A program made the translations under genes and the position numbers. From Candidatus Eiseniibacteriota bacterium (lineage in GTDB: Bacteria > Eisenbacteria > RBG-16-71-46 > CAIMUX01 > VGJL01), in NCBI GenBank assembly GCA_963792585.1, contig CAWBWI010000001.1, positions 768,001 to 832,000 of the forward strand: 64,000 nt of DNA, given 5' to 3'. Position 1 is the first letter of the stretch; the number at the start of each line of letters is the position of its first letter. This document shows, piece after piece, positions 39,614 to 49,073 of the stretch. Below the pieces are notes generated by a model, which was not told the origin of the DNA, did no database searches, and worked only from the letters and a program-made list of their open reading frames with translations.

Positions 39614-40263
39614 TCCTGATGCCTTTCGATCGAGATAACTTCCGGATCCTGGGAGAGGTCCTGGAAGGCCTGCGCGACCGCCTGCGCGGAAAAGCTCCCG
39701 GAGAGCAGGAGGGTCCGTTCGACGCCGACCGCTTCGACGGTCAGCCGGTCGGAGCGGATTCCAAGCGACTCGAACGTCTCCCGCGCACGCGCGAGCGCCT
39801 CGTCACCGCGAACCCGCACACGAACCGACATCGGACGCTTGTTGCGGAGAATCCGGCGTTCCCAGCGCTCGAGGATGGAGAGAACGATGTAGGTGGCGAG
39901 CGCGCCGACGATGGCGATCGGGAACAGACCCGCCCCGCAGGCCATGCCGACGGCGGCGACCGACCAGATCGATGCGGCCGTCGTCATCCCGCGGACAACC
40001 CCGCCTCCCCGCAGGATGGCGCCGCCTCCGAGGAAGCCGATCCCGGTCACGATCTGCGCGGCGATGCGCGCCGGATCGCTCCCCGCGCCCACCACAGTGG
40101 ATGTGATTCCGAGGCTGATCAACATGAAGAGGCAGCAGCCGAGGCCGACCAGCAAGTGCGTACGCAGCCCGGCCGGTTTATGCCCGACCTCGCGCTCCCA
40201 ACCGATCGGGAACACGAGAACGAGGGCCAGCCCGACCCTGATCAAGGTCTCGCTCCAGGTCAT
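39610..40263 (-). CDS. MgtC/SapB family membrane protein
   Basis: IGWERE..KPAGLRTH, RIAAQIVTGIGFLGGG, GMTTAASIW. Confidence 0.93.
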   Translation of the reverse strand: MTWSETLIRVGLALVLVFPIGWEREVGHKPAGLRTHLLVGLGCCLFMLISLGITSTVVGAGSDPARIAAQIVTGIGFLGGGAILRGGGVVRGMTTAASIWSVAAVGMACGAGLFPIAIVGALATYIVLSILERWERRILRNKRPMSVRVRVRGDEALARARETFESLGIRSDRLTVEAVGVERTLLLSGSFSAQAVAQAFQDLSQDPEVISIERHQE

Positions 40264-41207
40264 GAGCCCCCCGTCGCGCGGGCGCCTTCGAGCACCGCAG
40301 CCAGGACATCATCGACGGCGATCCCGCGCAAGCAACCGGCGTGCCCCTGCCAGCAGAACCTCGCCCCGTGCGGTGCGCAGGGCCGGCAGGCCAGGTCGTG
40401 CTCGAGGACTGTATCGCGATCACCGAGTGGGCCGAAGCCGAATTCGAGTACGGTCGAGCCGAAAATAGCGACGACTGGAACCCCAAGCGCGACCGCGAGA
40501 TGCATCATTCCCGAATCGTTGGTCACGAGTGCCCCGCATCGTTCGAGGATCGCCTTGAGGGGACGGAGTGTGGCGCGCACGAACCCCTCCCCGTCCTCTG
40601 CGACCCGGCCGGGCTCCTCGAATCGGATCGTGCGCAACCCGCGGGCCCCCAGGTCGCGTTCCAGCGCATCGAAGCGCTCCGCCGGCCAGCGTTTCATGGC
40701 CCGCGACGCGCCCGGCGCGAGACCGACGCAAGGCGATTCCGTACACGCCCAGGCAAGGCCAAGCGCGCGCCCTTCCTCCCGGTCTCGATCGGTCACGACC
40801 ACCCGAGGACGCAGGCTGCGCGCATCCAAGCCTCCCCAACCGGCGGTCTCACCGTAGCGTTGGACGCAATGGGGAACGGGGAACCTGGGGGCGCGTCGAC
40901 CCCAGAAGACCATCCAGCGCCGCGCGAGGGAGCGACCCCGCGTGCGCACCGCCGGCCCACAGGACGCGAGGAGGCGCCGCGACGTCGCGTTCGACTGCAG
41001 ATCGAGCACCCGATCGAAGGTTCCCGCTTTCGGGAGATCCCCCGGTACCCAGATGCCGGCCACCGGCAGGCCCTCGAAGACGGGGCGCAACGCCTCGGCC
41101 GTCGCAACCTCCACGCGGGCTCCCGTGTCCGCAAGGCGCGCGACGATTCCGCTCGAGAGGACGACGTCCCCGAGGGAGTGGAAGCGGCAGACGAGAATGC
41201 GCTCCAC
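40260..41207 (-). CDS. Glycosyltransferase family 9 (LPS heptosyltransferase-like)
   Basis: SLGDVVL, DLQ, APGA...KRWP, TNDSGMMHLAVALGVPVVAIFG, CRPC..HG..C. Confidence 0.88.
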   Translation of the reverse strand: MERILVCRFHSLGDVVLSSGIVARLADTGARVEVATAEALRPVFEGLPVAGIWVPGDLPKAGTFDRVLDLQSNATSRRLLASCGPAVRTRGRSLARRWMVFWGRRAPRFPVPHCVQRYGETAGWGGLDARSLRPRVVVTDRDREEGRALGLAWACTESPCVGLAPGASRAMKRWPAERFDALERDLGARGLRTIRFEEPGRVAEDGEGFVRATLRPLKAILERCGALVTNDSGMMHLAVALGVPVVAIFGSTVLEFGFGPLGDRDTVLEHDLACRPCAPHGARFCWQGHAGCLRGIAVDDVLAAVLEGARATGGS

Positions 41208-41208
41208 C

Positions 41209-41574
41209 TTACCAGCGGTAGTTGCGGACGAACTCCGTCTCGAAATCGAATCCGCCACGGAAGTCGTCGAGGCTGTCGTTGTCCGTCTTGCTCAACAGGC
41301 CGTTGTCGACCATCAGGAACACGATCCTGCCGATATCCTCGGTCGACTCCATGCCCCAGTGGTTCAGGACCGACTTCGCCATCGGACCGAATTCCTCGAC
41401 GGCGATGATGCGGGACGACTCCAGAAGTTCCTTCCCTGTCACGTGGCCGGTGCGCTCGAGGCGACGACGGCAGTGTTCGATCGCGCGGAGGACGAACAGG
41501 AACGCGGGCGGCCGGTAACGGCCGGACGCGTCGGCAATCTCCTCGATCTTCTCGTAGACGTCGCCCGTCGCCAT
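41209..41574 (-). CDS. Minf_1886-family conserved hypothetical protein
   Basis: RY..AFLFV, HVTGKELL, FGPMAKSVLNHWG..TEDIGRIVF.MV..GLL.K..D..DDF pattern recognised from memory. Confidence 0.7.
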   Translation of the reverse strand: MATGDVYEKIEEIADASGRYRPPAFLFVLRAIEHCRRRLERTGHVTGKELLESSRIIAVEEFGPMAKSVLNHWGMESTEDIGRIVFLMVDNGLLSKTDNDSLDDFRGGFDFETEFVRNYRW

Positions 41575-41578
41575 CGTT

Positions 41579-43177
41579 TCAGACCTCCAGGGGCTCGTCG
41601 AGCTGCAGGACGGTGTCCTTCGCGCGGGCGGGATCCATGTCCGGATGGTCTTCGTTGTAGTGCAGTCCCCGCGATTCCGGGCGCATCCTCGCGGAGCGCA
41701 CGATGAGCTCCGCCACGAGCGCGACGTTGCGGAGCTCCACCAGGTCGGCGTCCAGCACGAAGTCCCAGTAGTAGGATTCGATCGAGCGGCGAAGGATCTC
41801 CAGGTAGCGGCTCGCCAGCTCGAGTCGGTGATCGGTCCGGACGATCCCGACGAAGTCCCACATCAACCTGCGAACGAGATCCCAGTGGGCGTCGATGAGC
41901 ACCGATTCCTTCGGCAAGCTCGCATGTCCGACCTCCCACTCCGGCGCTGACGCCGGCGCCGGGAGTTCGTGGCGGCGCGCGACGGCGTCCTCCGCGGCGC
42001 GCGCGCCGAAACAGGCGGCCTCGAGCAAGGAGTTGCTCGCCAGTCGATTCGCCCCGTGGAGCCCCGTGCAGGCAACTTCGCCCACCGCGTAGAGGCCGGC
42101 CAGATCGGTGCGTCCCCAGCCGTCCACCGCCACCCCCCCGCACATGTAGTGGGCCGCGGGCACGACGGGAATCGGGGTTTTCGTGATGTCGATTCCGAAC
42201 CGGAGGCAGGTTTCGTGGATCACGGGAAAGCGGGCGCGCACACGATCGGGGTCGAGGTGCTCGATGTGCAGGAGCACATGGTGATCTCCCCGACGCTTCA
42301 TCTCGCGGTCGATCGCCCGGGCGACGACGTCGCGTGGGGCCAGTTCCTTCATCGGGTGCGCGTCCATGAAACGCTCGCCCGAGATCGTCCTCAGGATGCC
42401 CCCTTCCCCGCGCACCGCCTCGCTGATCAGGAAGCTCTTCGCGCCGGGATGGTACAGACAGGTCGGGTGAAACTGCATGAACTCGAGATTCGACAGCCGG
42501 CACCCAGCCCGGTAGGCCATGGCGAGACCGTCTCCGGTCGCGATGTCCGGGTTCGAGGTGTACTGGTAGACTTTTCCGCATCCCCCCGTGGCCAGGACGA
42601 CCACCGGAGCGGAGTGCGCGGTGATCCGGCGCGTGGCGGCGTCGAGAACGTAGGCGCCGATCACGCCCTCCGAAGCGGTCGGCGATATTCGAGACCGACG
42701 GATCAGGTCGACGCCGCAATGGTTCTCGCGCACCTGGATGTTCGCGTTCGCGGCGACTTTCGCGAGAAGAGCTTCTTCGATCGAGCGCCCCGTGGCGTCG
42801 CCGGTGTGGACGATCCGCCGCCGAGAATGCCCACCCTCCTGGCCGAAGGCGAGGGAGTCCTCACCCCCGCCCCGCGAAAAGTGGCACCCGAGGGCTTCCA
42901 GGGAGGCGATGACGGCGGGCCCTTGTTCCACGACCAGCCGGACCACCTCCGGGCGCGACATCCCGCATCCGACCCGGAGGGTGTCGGCCACGTGGAGGTC
43001 GAAGGAGTCGTCCGGACCGAGGGCTGCGGCGATCCCGCCCTGCGCCCGGGATGTGTTGGAGTCCGCCCGGGCCTTCTTTGTGAGCACAGTGACGCGGCCG
43101 TGGTCCGCCGCCCGAAGGGCGAACAGCAACCCGGCAAGTCCCGATCCCAGAACGAGGAAGTCAGATTCGTTGCTCAT
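41579..43177 (-). CDS. nadB: L-aspartate oxidase
   Basis: GSGLAGL, AQGGIAA, EGGHSRRRIVH, QFHPT, LISEAVRGEG, ELAPRDVVAR, HYMCGG, TGLHGANRLASNSLLE. Confidence 0.96.
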   Translation of the reverse strand: MSNESDFLVLGSGLAGLLFALRAADHGRVTVLTKKARADSNTSRAQGGIAAALGPDDSFDLHVADTLRVGCGMSRPEVVRLVVEQGPAVIASLEALGCHFSRGGGEDSLAFGQEGGHSRRRIVHTGDATGRSIEEALLAKVAANANIQVRENHCGVDLIRRSRISPTASEGVIGAYVLDAATRRITAHSAPVVVLATGGCGKVYQYTSNPDIATGDGLAMAYRAGCRLSNLEFMQFHPTCLYHPGAKSFLISEAVRGEGGILRTISGERFMDAHPMKELAPRDVVARAIDREMKRRGDHHVLLHIEHLDPDRVRARFPVIHETCLRFGIDITKTPIPVVPAAHYMCGGVAVDGWGRTDLAGLYAVGEVACTGLHGANRLASNSLLEAACFGARAAEDAVARRHELPAPASAPEWEVGHASLPKESVLIDAHWDLVRRLMWDFVGIVRTDHRLELASRYLEILRRSIESYYWDFVLDADLVELRNVALVAELIVRSARMRPESRGLHYNEDHPDMDPARAKDTVLQLDEPLEV

Positions 43178-43216
43178 GAAAAGAAAGACCCGGCCGACGC
43201 CCCTGCGCGGCGGGTC
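43178..43216 (-). promoter_or_regulatory. Terminator-like hairpin plus U-tract abutting the nadB start codon
   Basis: Minus strand GACCCGCCGCGC-AGGG-GCGTCGGCCGGGTC-TTTCTTTTC-ATG; TATAGT at 43243-43238. Confidence 0.45.
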
Positions 43217-43309
43217 CGGCTTTTTGGTTCAGGCGCCACTATACAGAGCCGATAACTACCGGGAAAGGGTTTTGCCCAGCCCGCAGCGCGGGCCGAAGGA
43301 GGTCGTGCC

Positions 43310-43882
43310 ATGACCCGGCGTATCGCAAGCTCCGTCATCTCGTCCGCCGTCCTATTGGCCCTCGTGCTCGTCGCTCCCGGATGCAGCGACGATGCCGCCC
43401 CGCGGTCCACCGTCACCGTCGAGACGATCAACCAGAGCCAGGTGCTCGATAGCGACGTCTACAACAACGGAGGCGACAAACTTCCCGGAACCGACGATGA
43501 CTTCATCATCGAGGACCAGGTTTCGGTGCTCATTCGCAACCGGCCTCACGATGCCGGCCTGAACATCCGGGCCAACGGCCCCTTCAGCGCCGTCGTATTC
43601 GATCGCTACGAGGTTCGCTTCTCGGGCGATGAGACCCTCGCCCCCTTGTTCGGCGCCATCCACCTTCGCGTGGCGTCCGGAGCGACGGGAACGGGGATCG
43701 TTACGATCATTCCGGCCGGCTACAAGACGATGCCCCCCCTGCTGGTCCTGCGCGCGGGCGGCGAGATGCGGTTCACGGCGGAGGTAACGCTGATCGGTAC
43801 GGAAGAGGACTCCGACGATGAAGTGCGGGCGACGGCGTCGTTCCCGGTCCACTGCGCGAACTGGACGGACGTGGAGCCGTAG
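43310..43882 (+). CDS. Hypothetical lipoprotein
   Basis: AAGGAGG RBS; hydrophobic signal with APGC lipobox; beta-rich sequence; GC-rich third codon positions. Confidence 0.75.
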   Translation: MTRRIASSVISSAVLLALVLVAPGCSDDAAPRSTVTVETINQSQVLDSDVYNNGGDKLPGTDDDFIIEDQVSVLIRNRPHDAGLNIRANGPFSAVVFDRYEVRFSGDETLAPLFGAIHLRVASGATGTGIVTIIPAGYKTMPPLLVLRAGGEMRFTAEVTLIGTEEDSDDEVRATASFPVHCANWTDVEP

Positions 43883-43891
43883 TCACCCCCG

Positions 43892-44953
43892 CTAGGCCCC
43901 GAGCAAGCAGCGCAGCCGGCGACGAAGGGATTCCTCGGCGCCGGCTGTTTGCCATTCCAGATCGAGGTCCGCGACTCCGAAGGTGACGCCCTCGCCGAGA
44001 TCGAGGGCGGACATGCGCATCTCATCTTTCTCCGTAACCAGCAGATGCTCGATTCCCGTCGCGATCGCGCGGGCCCGCACCGCATCGATCTCGGCCTGCG
44101 TAAAGGCATGATGGTCCCCGAACGAGGCCTCCCATGCCACGCGCGCTCCAAGCGCTTCCACCGCCTCCCGAAACGAGCTGGGTCGCGCGATCCCGCTGAC
44201 GAGCGCCACGGTCGCGCCCGCCCCGGGCGCGGCTCCCGTGAGTCCGCGAAGTCGTATCCGCGAGCTCCATACGAGAATCTCGGCCGAGGCGTTCAGTTGC
44301 CGGATACGAGCGATCGATTCTTCGGGAGGGGACGAGCGGTCCGCGTGGGCGAGCACGACGACGTCGGCTCTCTCGATCGCCCTCGGCGGCTCGCGGAGCG
44401 GCCCGCGAGGAAGCAATCGCCCGTTCGCCAGGGGGCGGGCGGCCGGCAGCGTGACGATTTCGAGGTCGCGTGCGAGCCGCCGGTGCTGCATTCCATCGTC
44501 GAGGAACGCGATACGGGACCCCTCCCCCGAGGCGGCGACCACGCCGAGAAACCGTTCGGGGGAGACGAACACACGGACCCCGTTGCGCCGCGCGTGCATG
44601 CACGCTTCGTCTCCGAAGCGCCTCGCCGCACCCACCCCAAGCGAGGGGTCCACGATCACCGTCCCCCTACGGATCTCTCCCCGGTATCCGCGCAGAACGA
44701 TGGCGGGACGCCCCCCCTCCTCAGCGGCCAGGCGCGCGAGTTCAGCTGTGAGCGGCGTCTTCCCGGCGCCCCCGGACCAGATCGAACCGACGGAAACCAC
44801 GGGGATCGGACCGCGCCGCACTCGCGGACGATGAAGGCGGACGCCCCACCCATAGAGGCGCGAGGCCACATCCAGGAGCCACGAACCGGGCGGCGGAGTC
44901 CCCGGGGGCGCGGCCCAGGCCTTCTCGAGCCAGGTCCGCAGGCGGACGCTCAT
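43892..44953 (-). CDS. lpxK: Tetraacyldisaccharide 4'-kinase
   Basis: VVSVGS..GGAGKTP, LRGY, GDEA, LDDGMQH, LLPRGPLRE, SGIARP, DHH, VTEKD. Confidence 0.92.
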   Translation of the reverse strand: MSVRLRTWLEKAWAAPPGTPPPGSWLLDVASRLYGWGVRLHRPRVRRGPIPVVSVGSIWSGGAGKTPLTAELARLAAEEGGRPAIVLRGYRGEIRRGTVIVDPSLGVGAARRFGDEACMHARRNGVRVFVSPERFLGVVAASGEGSRIAFLDDGMQHRRLARDLEIVTLPAARPLANGRLLPRGPLREPPRAIERADVVVLAHADRSSPPEESIARIRQLNASAEILVWSSRIRLRGLTGAAPGAGATVALVSGIARPSSFREAVEALGARVAWEASFGDHHAFTQAEIDAVRARAIATGIEHLLVTEKDEMRMSALDLGEGVTFGVADLDLEWQTAGAEESLRRRLRCLLGA

Positions 44954-46239
44954 CTGTGCTCCCGCGGCGGAAGATCCACCATGCGCAATCCCGCGACGGT
45001 CCGGGCGACCCCACCGGCCAGAGATTCCGCCGCGCGCCGGGCCGCGGCGCCCCGCGACATCAGCCGTTCCGGGTGCTCGATCAGGCCGCGGATCTCCGCG
45101 GCGAGACGCAGCGGACCATCGACGCATGCGCCCCCACCGCGCGTTTCGATCGCCTCCGCCGCGTCCCGAACGCCCGAGATCGAGGGACCGAAGAAGACCG
45201 GGATTCCCTCGCGGGCCGGCTCGAAGAGGTTGTGCCCGCCCAGCGGAATCCAGGTCCCCCCGACGAAGGCCGCGTCGGCCGCGGCGTAGAGGACGCGCAG
45301 TACGCCGATCCGATCGACCAGCAATACGGATGGAAGTCCGCCGCCCCGCTCCCGCAAGGCGCCGCGCAGAAGGTCGAGGGGCCCGTCGGGATCGATCCCC
45401 GCCAGACTCATGCGACGGCAGGCGATGCGCCCTCGAAAACAGGCCCCTTCCCAATCTCCCATCTCCCGCGCGTGGCGCGGGACGATGACGAGCCGGAGAC
45501 TGCCCGCATCGAACGAGGACAGGATCTCCAGCAGCGCCTCCTCACCGGGACGAACGCTTCCCGCCACCACAACGAACGCCTCCCCCGGAACCACGGATCC
45601 TCGGCGCATCCCGTCCCCATCCACGGCATACTTCGTGTTCCCCCAGGCGTGGCACGCCTCCGGAGGGGCGCCGATCGCGATCCAGCGCCGCCGATCCTCT
45701 TCGGTCCGGCAACCGATCGCCGCGACGTGACGCAGCAATGGCTCCAGGAGGAAGCGCATGCGCCGATAGCGCGGATAGGAACGATCGCTGATCCGCGCGC
45801 TCACGAATGCGACCGGGATCCCGCGCGCCCGCGCGTGAACGAGCCACGCAGGCCAGATCTCCGTTTCCACGAAGATCAGGCAGGATGGTTTCTCGCGCCG
45901 CATCGCGCGCGCGATGATCGGAATCAGATCCAGCGGCGCGAGACGGGCTCTGGCGGAGGCCGGAAGTCGCTCCGCGATTCGGGTCCGCGCCACCCGGTTC
46001 GTGCAGGAAACGACAAACCGGGATGGATCTCCTCCCCATTCACGGATGAGGGGAAGGGCGGCCTCGAACTCGCCCAGACTCGCGGCGTGGATCCATACGG
46101 AAGCACGTTGGACGGCGGCGCCGCCCCCCAAGCGTTCGCGGAGTTCGTCTCTGCGCAGGATGAGAAGGATGGGAAGCGCGACCAGCGATGCCGCGGCAAG
46201 GACGAGCTGGTAGATCACGAACGCGGCCTGGTGCATCAC
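44950..46239 (-). CDS. waaA: Kdo transferase
   Basis: WIHAASLGE, ETEIWP, ARISDRS, GNTKY, VPRH, GGHNLFEPA. Confidence 0.92.
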   Translation of the reverse strand: MMHQAAFVIYQLVLAAASLVALPILLILRRDELRERLGGGAAVQRASVWIHAASLGEFEAALPLIREWGGDPSRFVVSCTNRVARTRIAERLPASARARLAPLDLIPIIARAMRREKPSCLIFVETEIWPAWLVHARARGIPVAFVSARISDRSYPRYRRMRFLLEPLLRHVAAIGCRTEEDRRRWIAIGAPPEACHAWGNTKYAVDGDGMRRGSVVPGEAFVVVAGSVRPGEEALLEILSSFDAGSLRLVIVPRHAREMGDWEGACFRGRIACRRMSLAGIDPDGPLDLLRGALRERGGGLPSVLLVDRIGVLRVLYAAADAAFVGGTWIPLGGHNLFEPAREGIPVFFGPSISGVRDAAEAIETRGGGACVDGPLRLAAEIRGLIEHPERLMSRGAAARRAAESLAGGVARTVAGLRMVDLPPREHR

Positions 46240-46928
46240 GACCCGATTCTCTCTTCGCGCCAGCGCGCCGCGCGCTCGCTGCAGGCATCGAGCGCTGCCG
46301 CCACCCTCGGGCCCCAGACAGCGTCAAGCGTGTCCGCGGACTCCTCGGCGGGAATCCAGATGCGCTCCCCAACAACTGCCACCACCCTCGACCAAGGATG
46401 AGGGATGAGGAATCGGTCCCATGAACCGAGTTCCGTCCTTCGGACCGCGTCCACGCCGAGCGGCTGGATCGGGAGCCCCGAGCGCTGCGCAATGTGGAGG
46501 ATTCCCCCCTGGAGAACCCGCCGCGGGCCGCGTGGGCCGTCCGGCGTGATCGCCAGCGGGTGCCCGTTCCTCCCAACACGCACCATCTCCATCAGCGCGC
46601 GGAGACCGCCGCGCGTCGTGCTGCCGCGCACCACGCCACCGCCGAGACGGCAGATCATCTGGCTGATGAATTCCCCGTCGCGGTGACGACTGACGAGCAC
46701 GACGGCTCCCGTGCTCCCGTAAAGGTACGCCAGTGGCAGGAGTCCCCGATGCCAGAACGCGTAGATGACGGCGCCCTCCGACCTCCCGGGGACCAGCGCC
46801 CCATCGGCGCTCCTCCAGTCGATCGTGAGCGTCGCGCCCCAGAGGCGGATCAGTCCGGCGCCAAGCACACCGGCGACGCGGAAGCCGAAATCGGCGTTCA
46901 GGTCCCGCGGCGGATCGGCGGGATTCAT
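46236..46928 (-). CDS. DUF374 family acyltransferase (LpxJ-like)
   Basis: YAFWH, LVSRHRDGE, VRGSTTRGG, ITPDGPRGP, SWDRFLIPHP. Confidence 0.85.
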   Translation of the reverse strand: MNPADPPRDLNADFGFRVAGVLGAGLIRLWGATLTIDWRSADGALVPGRSEGAVIYAFWHRGLLPLAYLYGSTGAVVLVSRHRDGEFISQMICRLGGGVVRGSTTRGGLRALMEMVRVGRNGHPLAITPDGPRGPRRVLQGGILHIAQRSGLPIQPLGVDAVRRTELGSWDRFLIPHPWSRVVAVVGERIWIPAEESADTLDAVWGPRVAAALDACSERAARWREERIGS

Positions 46929-48055
46929 CGTTTCCGAATTTCCTCGAGGATCGCGGCGGCGGCGCGCTCGGGCGCTCCGCCGGGACCCAGACGCGCCGCC
47001 GCCGCGCGGAGCCCCTCGCGCATGGCGCGCAGCAACTCGGGATCGCCCGTCAACCGGGAGATTTCCGCCGCAAGCCGCGGCCCGTTCACCTCGCCCTGCA
47101 GCAGTTCCGGAACCAGCCGTCTTCCCGCCAGCAGGTTCGCCATGGCGATGTGGGGCACCTTCACCAGGCGGCGCGCGAGCTCCCACGTCACCGGGTGCAT
47201 TCGATAGACGACGATCATCGGCGTCGCGAGGAGCGCCGCCTCGGCGGTCGCAGTGCCGGAGGCCGTCACCAGGAGATCGGCCGCAGCCATGACGTCGTAG
47301 GTCTGCCCGGAGAGGATCGTCAGATCGCGCTCCGCCCGCGCCACCCCCGGAAGATCCTCGACCGAGAACCCGGGGGCCATCGCGAGAACCCAGCGGATTT
47401 CGGGTCGTCCCGCCAACCGTCTCTTCGCATCCAACATCGGCGGCAGGATGCGGGCGATCTCGCCCCTGCGGCTGCCCGGAAGGAGACCGACCAAGGTCGC
47501 GCCCAGGCCGATCCCGAGCCGCGCGCGGATCGCCTCGCGTCCGGCGGTCGCGCGAACCCGATCCACGAGGGGATGGCCGACGTAGGTCACGGGAACCCCG
47601 TTCTCGCGATAGATCTCTTCTTCGAACGGGAAGATGACGATCATGCGCCGGACCAACCGGGCGAGCGTACGGATGCGGCCCTTCCTCCACGCCCAGACCT
47701 GGGGCGAGATGTAGTAGATGATCGGGATCCCATAGGTGTGGGCGCGCTCCGCGAGACGTAGGTTGAAGTCGGGGTAGTCGATCGGGATCAACGCGTCGGG
47801 CGGGTCCTTCCCAAGGTCGGAGGCGAGTCGATCGAGGATCTTCTTCAGTCTCGGAAGGTGGGAGAGGACCTCCCAGAGACCCGTGACCGCCATCTCTTCG
47901 GACCGGAAGAACAGTCTCACCCCGGCGGCGGCCATCGCTTCACCGCCGACGCCGGCCAATTCGATCCCGGGATCCTGCGCGCGCAGTGCCGCAGCCAGAA
48001 GGGCGCCCTGTAGGTCCCCGGAAGCCTCGCCGGCCACCAGGACGAGGCGCGTCAT
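46925..48055 (-). CDS. lpxB: Lipid-A-disaccharide synthase
   Basis: AGEASGD, IDYPDFN, SPQVWAWR, VGHPL, LLPGSRRGE, SGTATAE. Confidence 0.96.
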   Translation of the reverse strand: MTRLVLVAGEASGDLQGALLAAALRAQDPGIELAGVGGEAMAAAGVRLFFRSEEMAVTGLWEVLSHLPRLKKILDRLASDLGKDPPDALIPIDYPDFNLRLAERAHTYGIPIIYYISPQVWAWRKGRIRTLARLVRRMIVIFPFEEEIYRENGVPVTYVGHPLVDRVRATAGREAIRARLGIGLGATLVGLLPGSRRGEIARILPPMLDAKRRLAGRPEIRWVLAMAPGFSVEDLPGVARAERDLTILSGQTYDVMAAADLLVTASGTATAEAALLATPMIVVYRMHPVTWELARRLVKVPHIAMANLLAGRRLVPELLQGEVNGPRLAAEISRLTGDPELLRAMREGLRAAAARLGPGGAPERAAAAILEEIRKR

Positions 48056-49062
48056 CGCGGCGGTGATCCTCCCAGGCGGGAGAGACTCGCTCCGACCGCT
48101 TCCCGAACCCGCAGGGCGACCTCGAGACTGCGCAGACCCCCCTCGCCGTCCACGACCACGTTCCCCTCGCCCGCGCAGGCCGCCAGAAAGGCCTCGATCT
48201 CGATCGCCAGGGCGTCTCCCTCGGTCGCATCCAGAACGGCGCGATCGAGGCGGAGTCCGCGGGCGGCGAGCAACGCCGCCTCCGGGGGTAGATCGGCTTC
48301 GGGTTGGGTTGCGGGGTCGTGCGGAATCAGGCGGACTCTTTCGACCTTTCGACCGGCCAGGTCCACGGAGAGGTAGAGATTCCTCTCGAAGAAGCGGATC
48401 TTCCGCATGCGCTGTCCCGATACCCGACTCGCCGTCAGGTTCGCGACGCTTCCATCGGCGAAGCGCAGCCGCGCATTGGCGATGTCCGCCTCCCCCGTGA
48501 TGACCGGAACGCCGACGGCGTCCACGGCCTCGAGTGGGCTCGTGGCCAAGGAGAGCACGAGGTCGATGTCGTGGATCATCAAGTCGAGGACGACATCTAC
48601 GTCGAGCGAGCGCGGGACGAACGTCGAGAGCCGGTGGGATTCGATGAAGCGGGGCCGCACCAGGTCGAGTCGGGCGCAGCGGAATGCGGGATTGCACCGT
48701 TCGATCTGCCCCACGCCCAGAATCCGTCCGGCCGAACGTGCGGCGGCGACCATCCGCGCACCCGCTTCCGCCTCCTGGGCAATCGGTTTCTCGACCAGCA
48801 GTTCGATCCCCGCCGCGAGCAGGTTCAGTCCGATCGTCTCGTGCGTCGTCGTCGGCGTCGCGATGCTCGCCGCCCGGACGCGCCCCTTCAGATCGGCATG
48901 GGCGGAGAGGGCTTCGCAGCCGAGTTCGGACGCGAGCTTCGCCGCCCGTTCATGCAGGATGTCGACGACTGCGACGAGCTCGCAACGCGGGTTTGCGGCG
49001 TATGCCCGCGCGTGGAAGGTTCCAAGGTGGCCGCAACCGACGACAGCGACGGGAATCGGCAT
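48052..49062 (-). CDS. Gfo/Idh/MocA oxidoreductase, probable UDP-GlcNAc 3-dehydrogenase (GnnA-like)
   Basis: GCGHLG.FHAR, LLVEKPIA, GQIERCNPA, DVDVVLDLMIHDID, ANLTASRVS; located between lpxA and lpxB. Confidence 0.8.
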   Translation of the reverse strand: MPIPVAVVGCGHLGTFHARAYAANPRCELVAVVDILHERAAKLASELGCEALSAHADLKGRVRAASIATPTTTHETIGLNLLAAGIELLVEKPIAQEAEAGARMVAAARSAGRILGVGQIERCNPAFRCARLDLVRPRFIESHRLSTFVPRSLDVDVVLDLMIHDIDLVLSLATSPLEAVDAVGVPVITGEADIANARLRFADGSVANLTASRVSGQRMRKIRFFERNLYLSVDLAGRKVERVRLIPHDPATQPEADLPPEAALLAARGLRLDRAVLDATEGDALAIEIEAFLAACAGEGNVVVDGEGGLRSLEVALRVREAVGASLSRLGGSPPR

Positions 49063-49073
49063 CCGAGCCCCCC

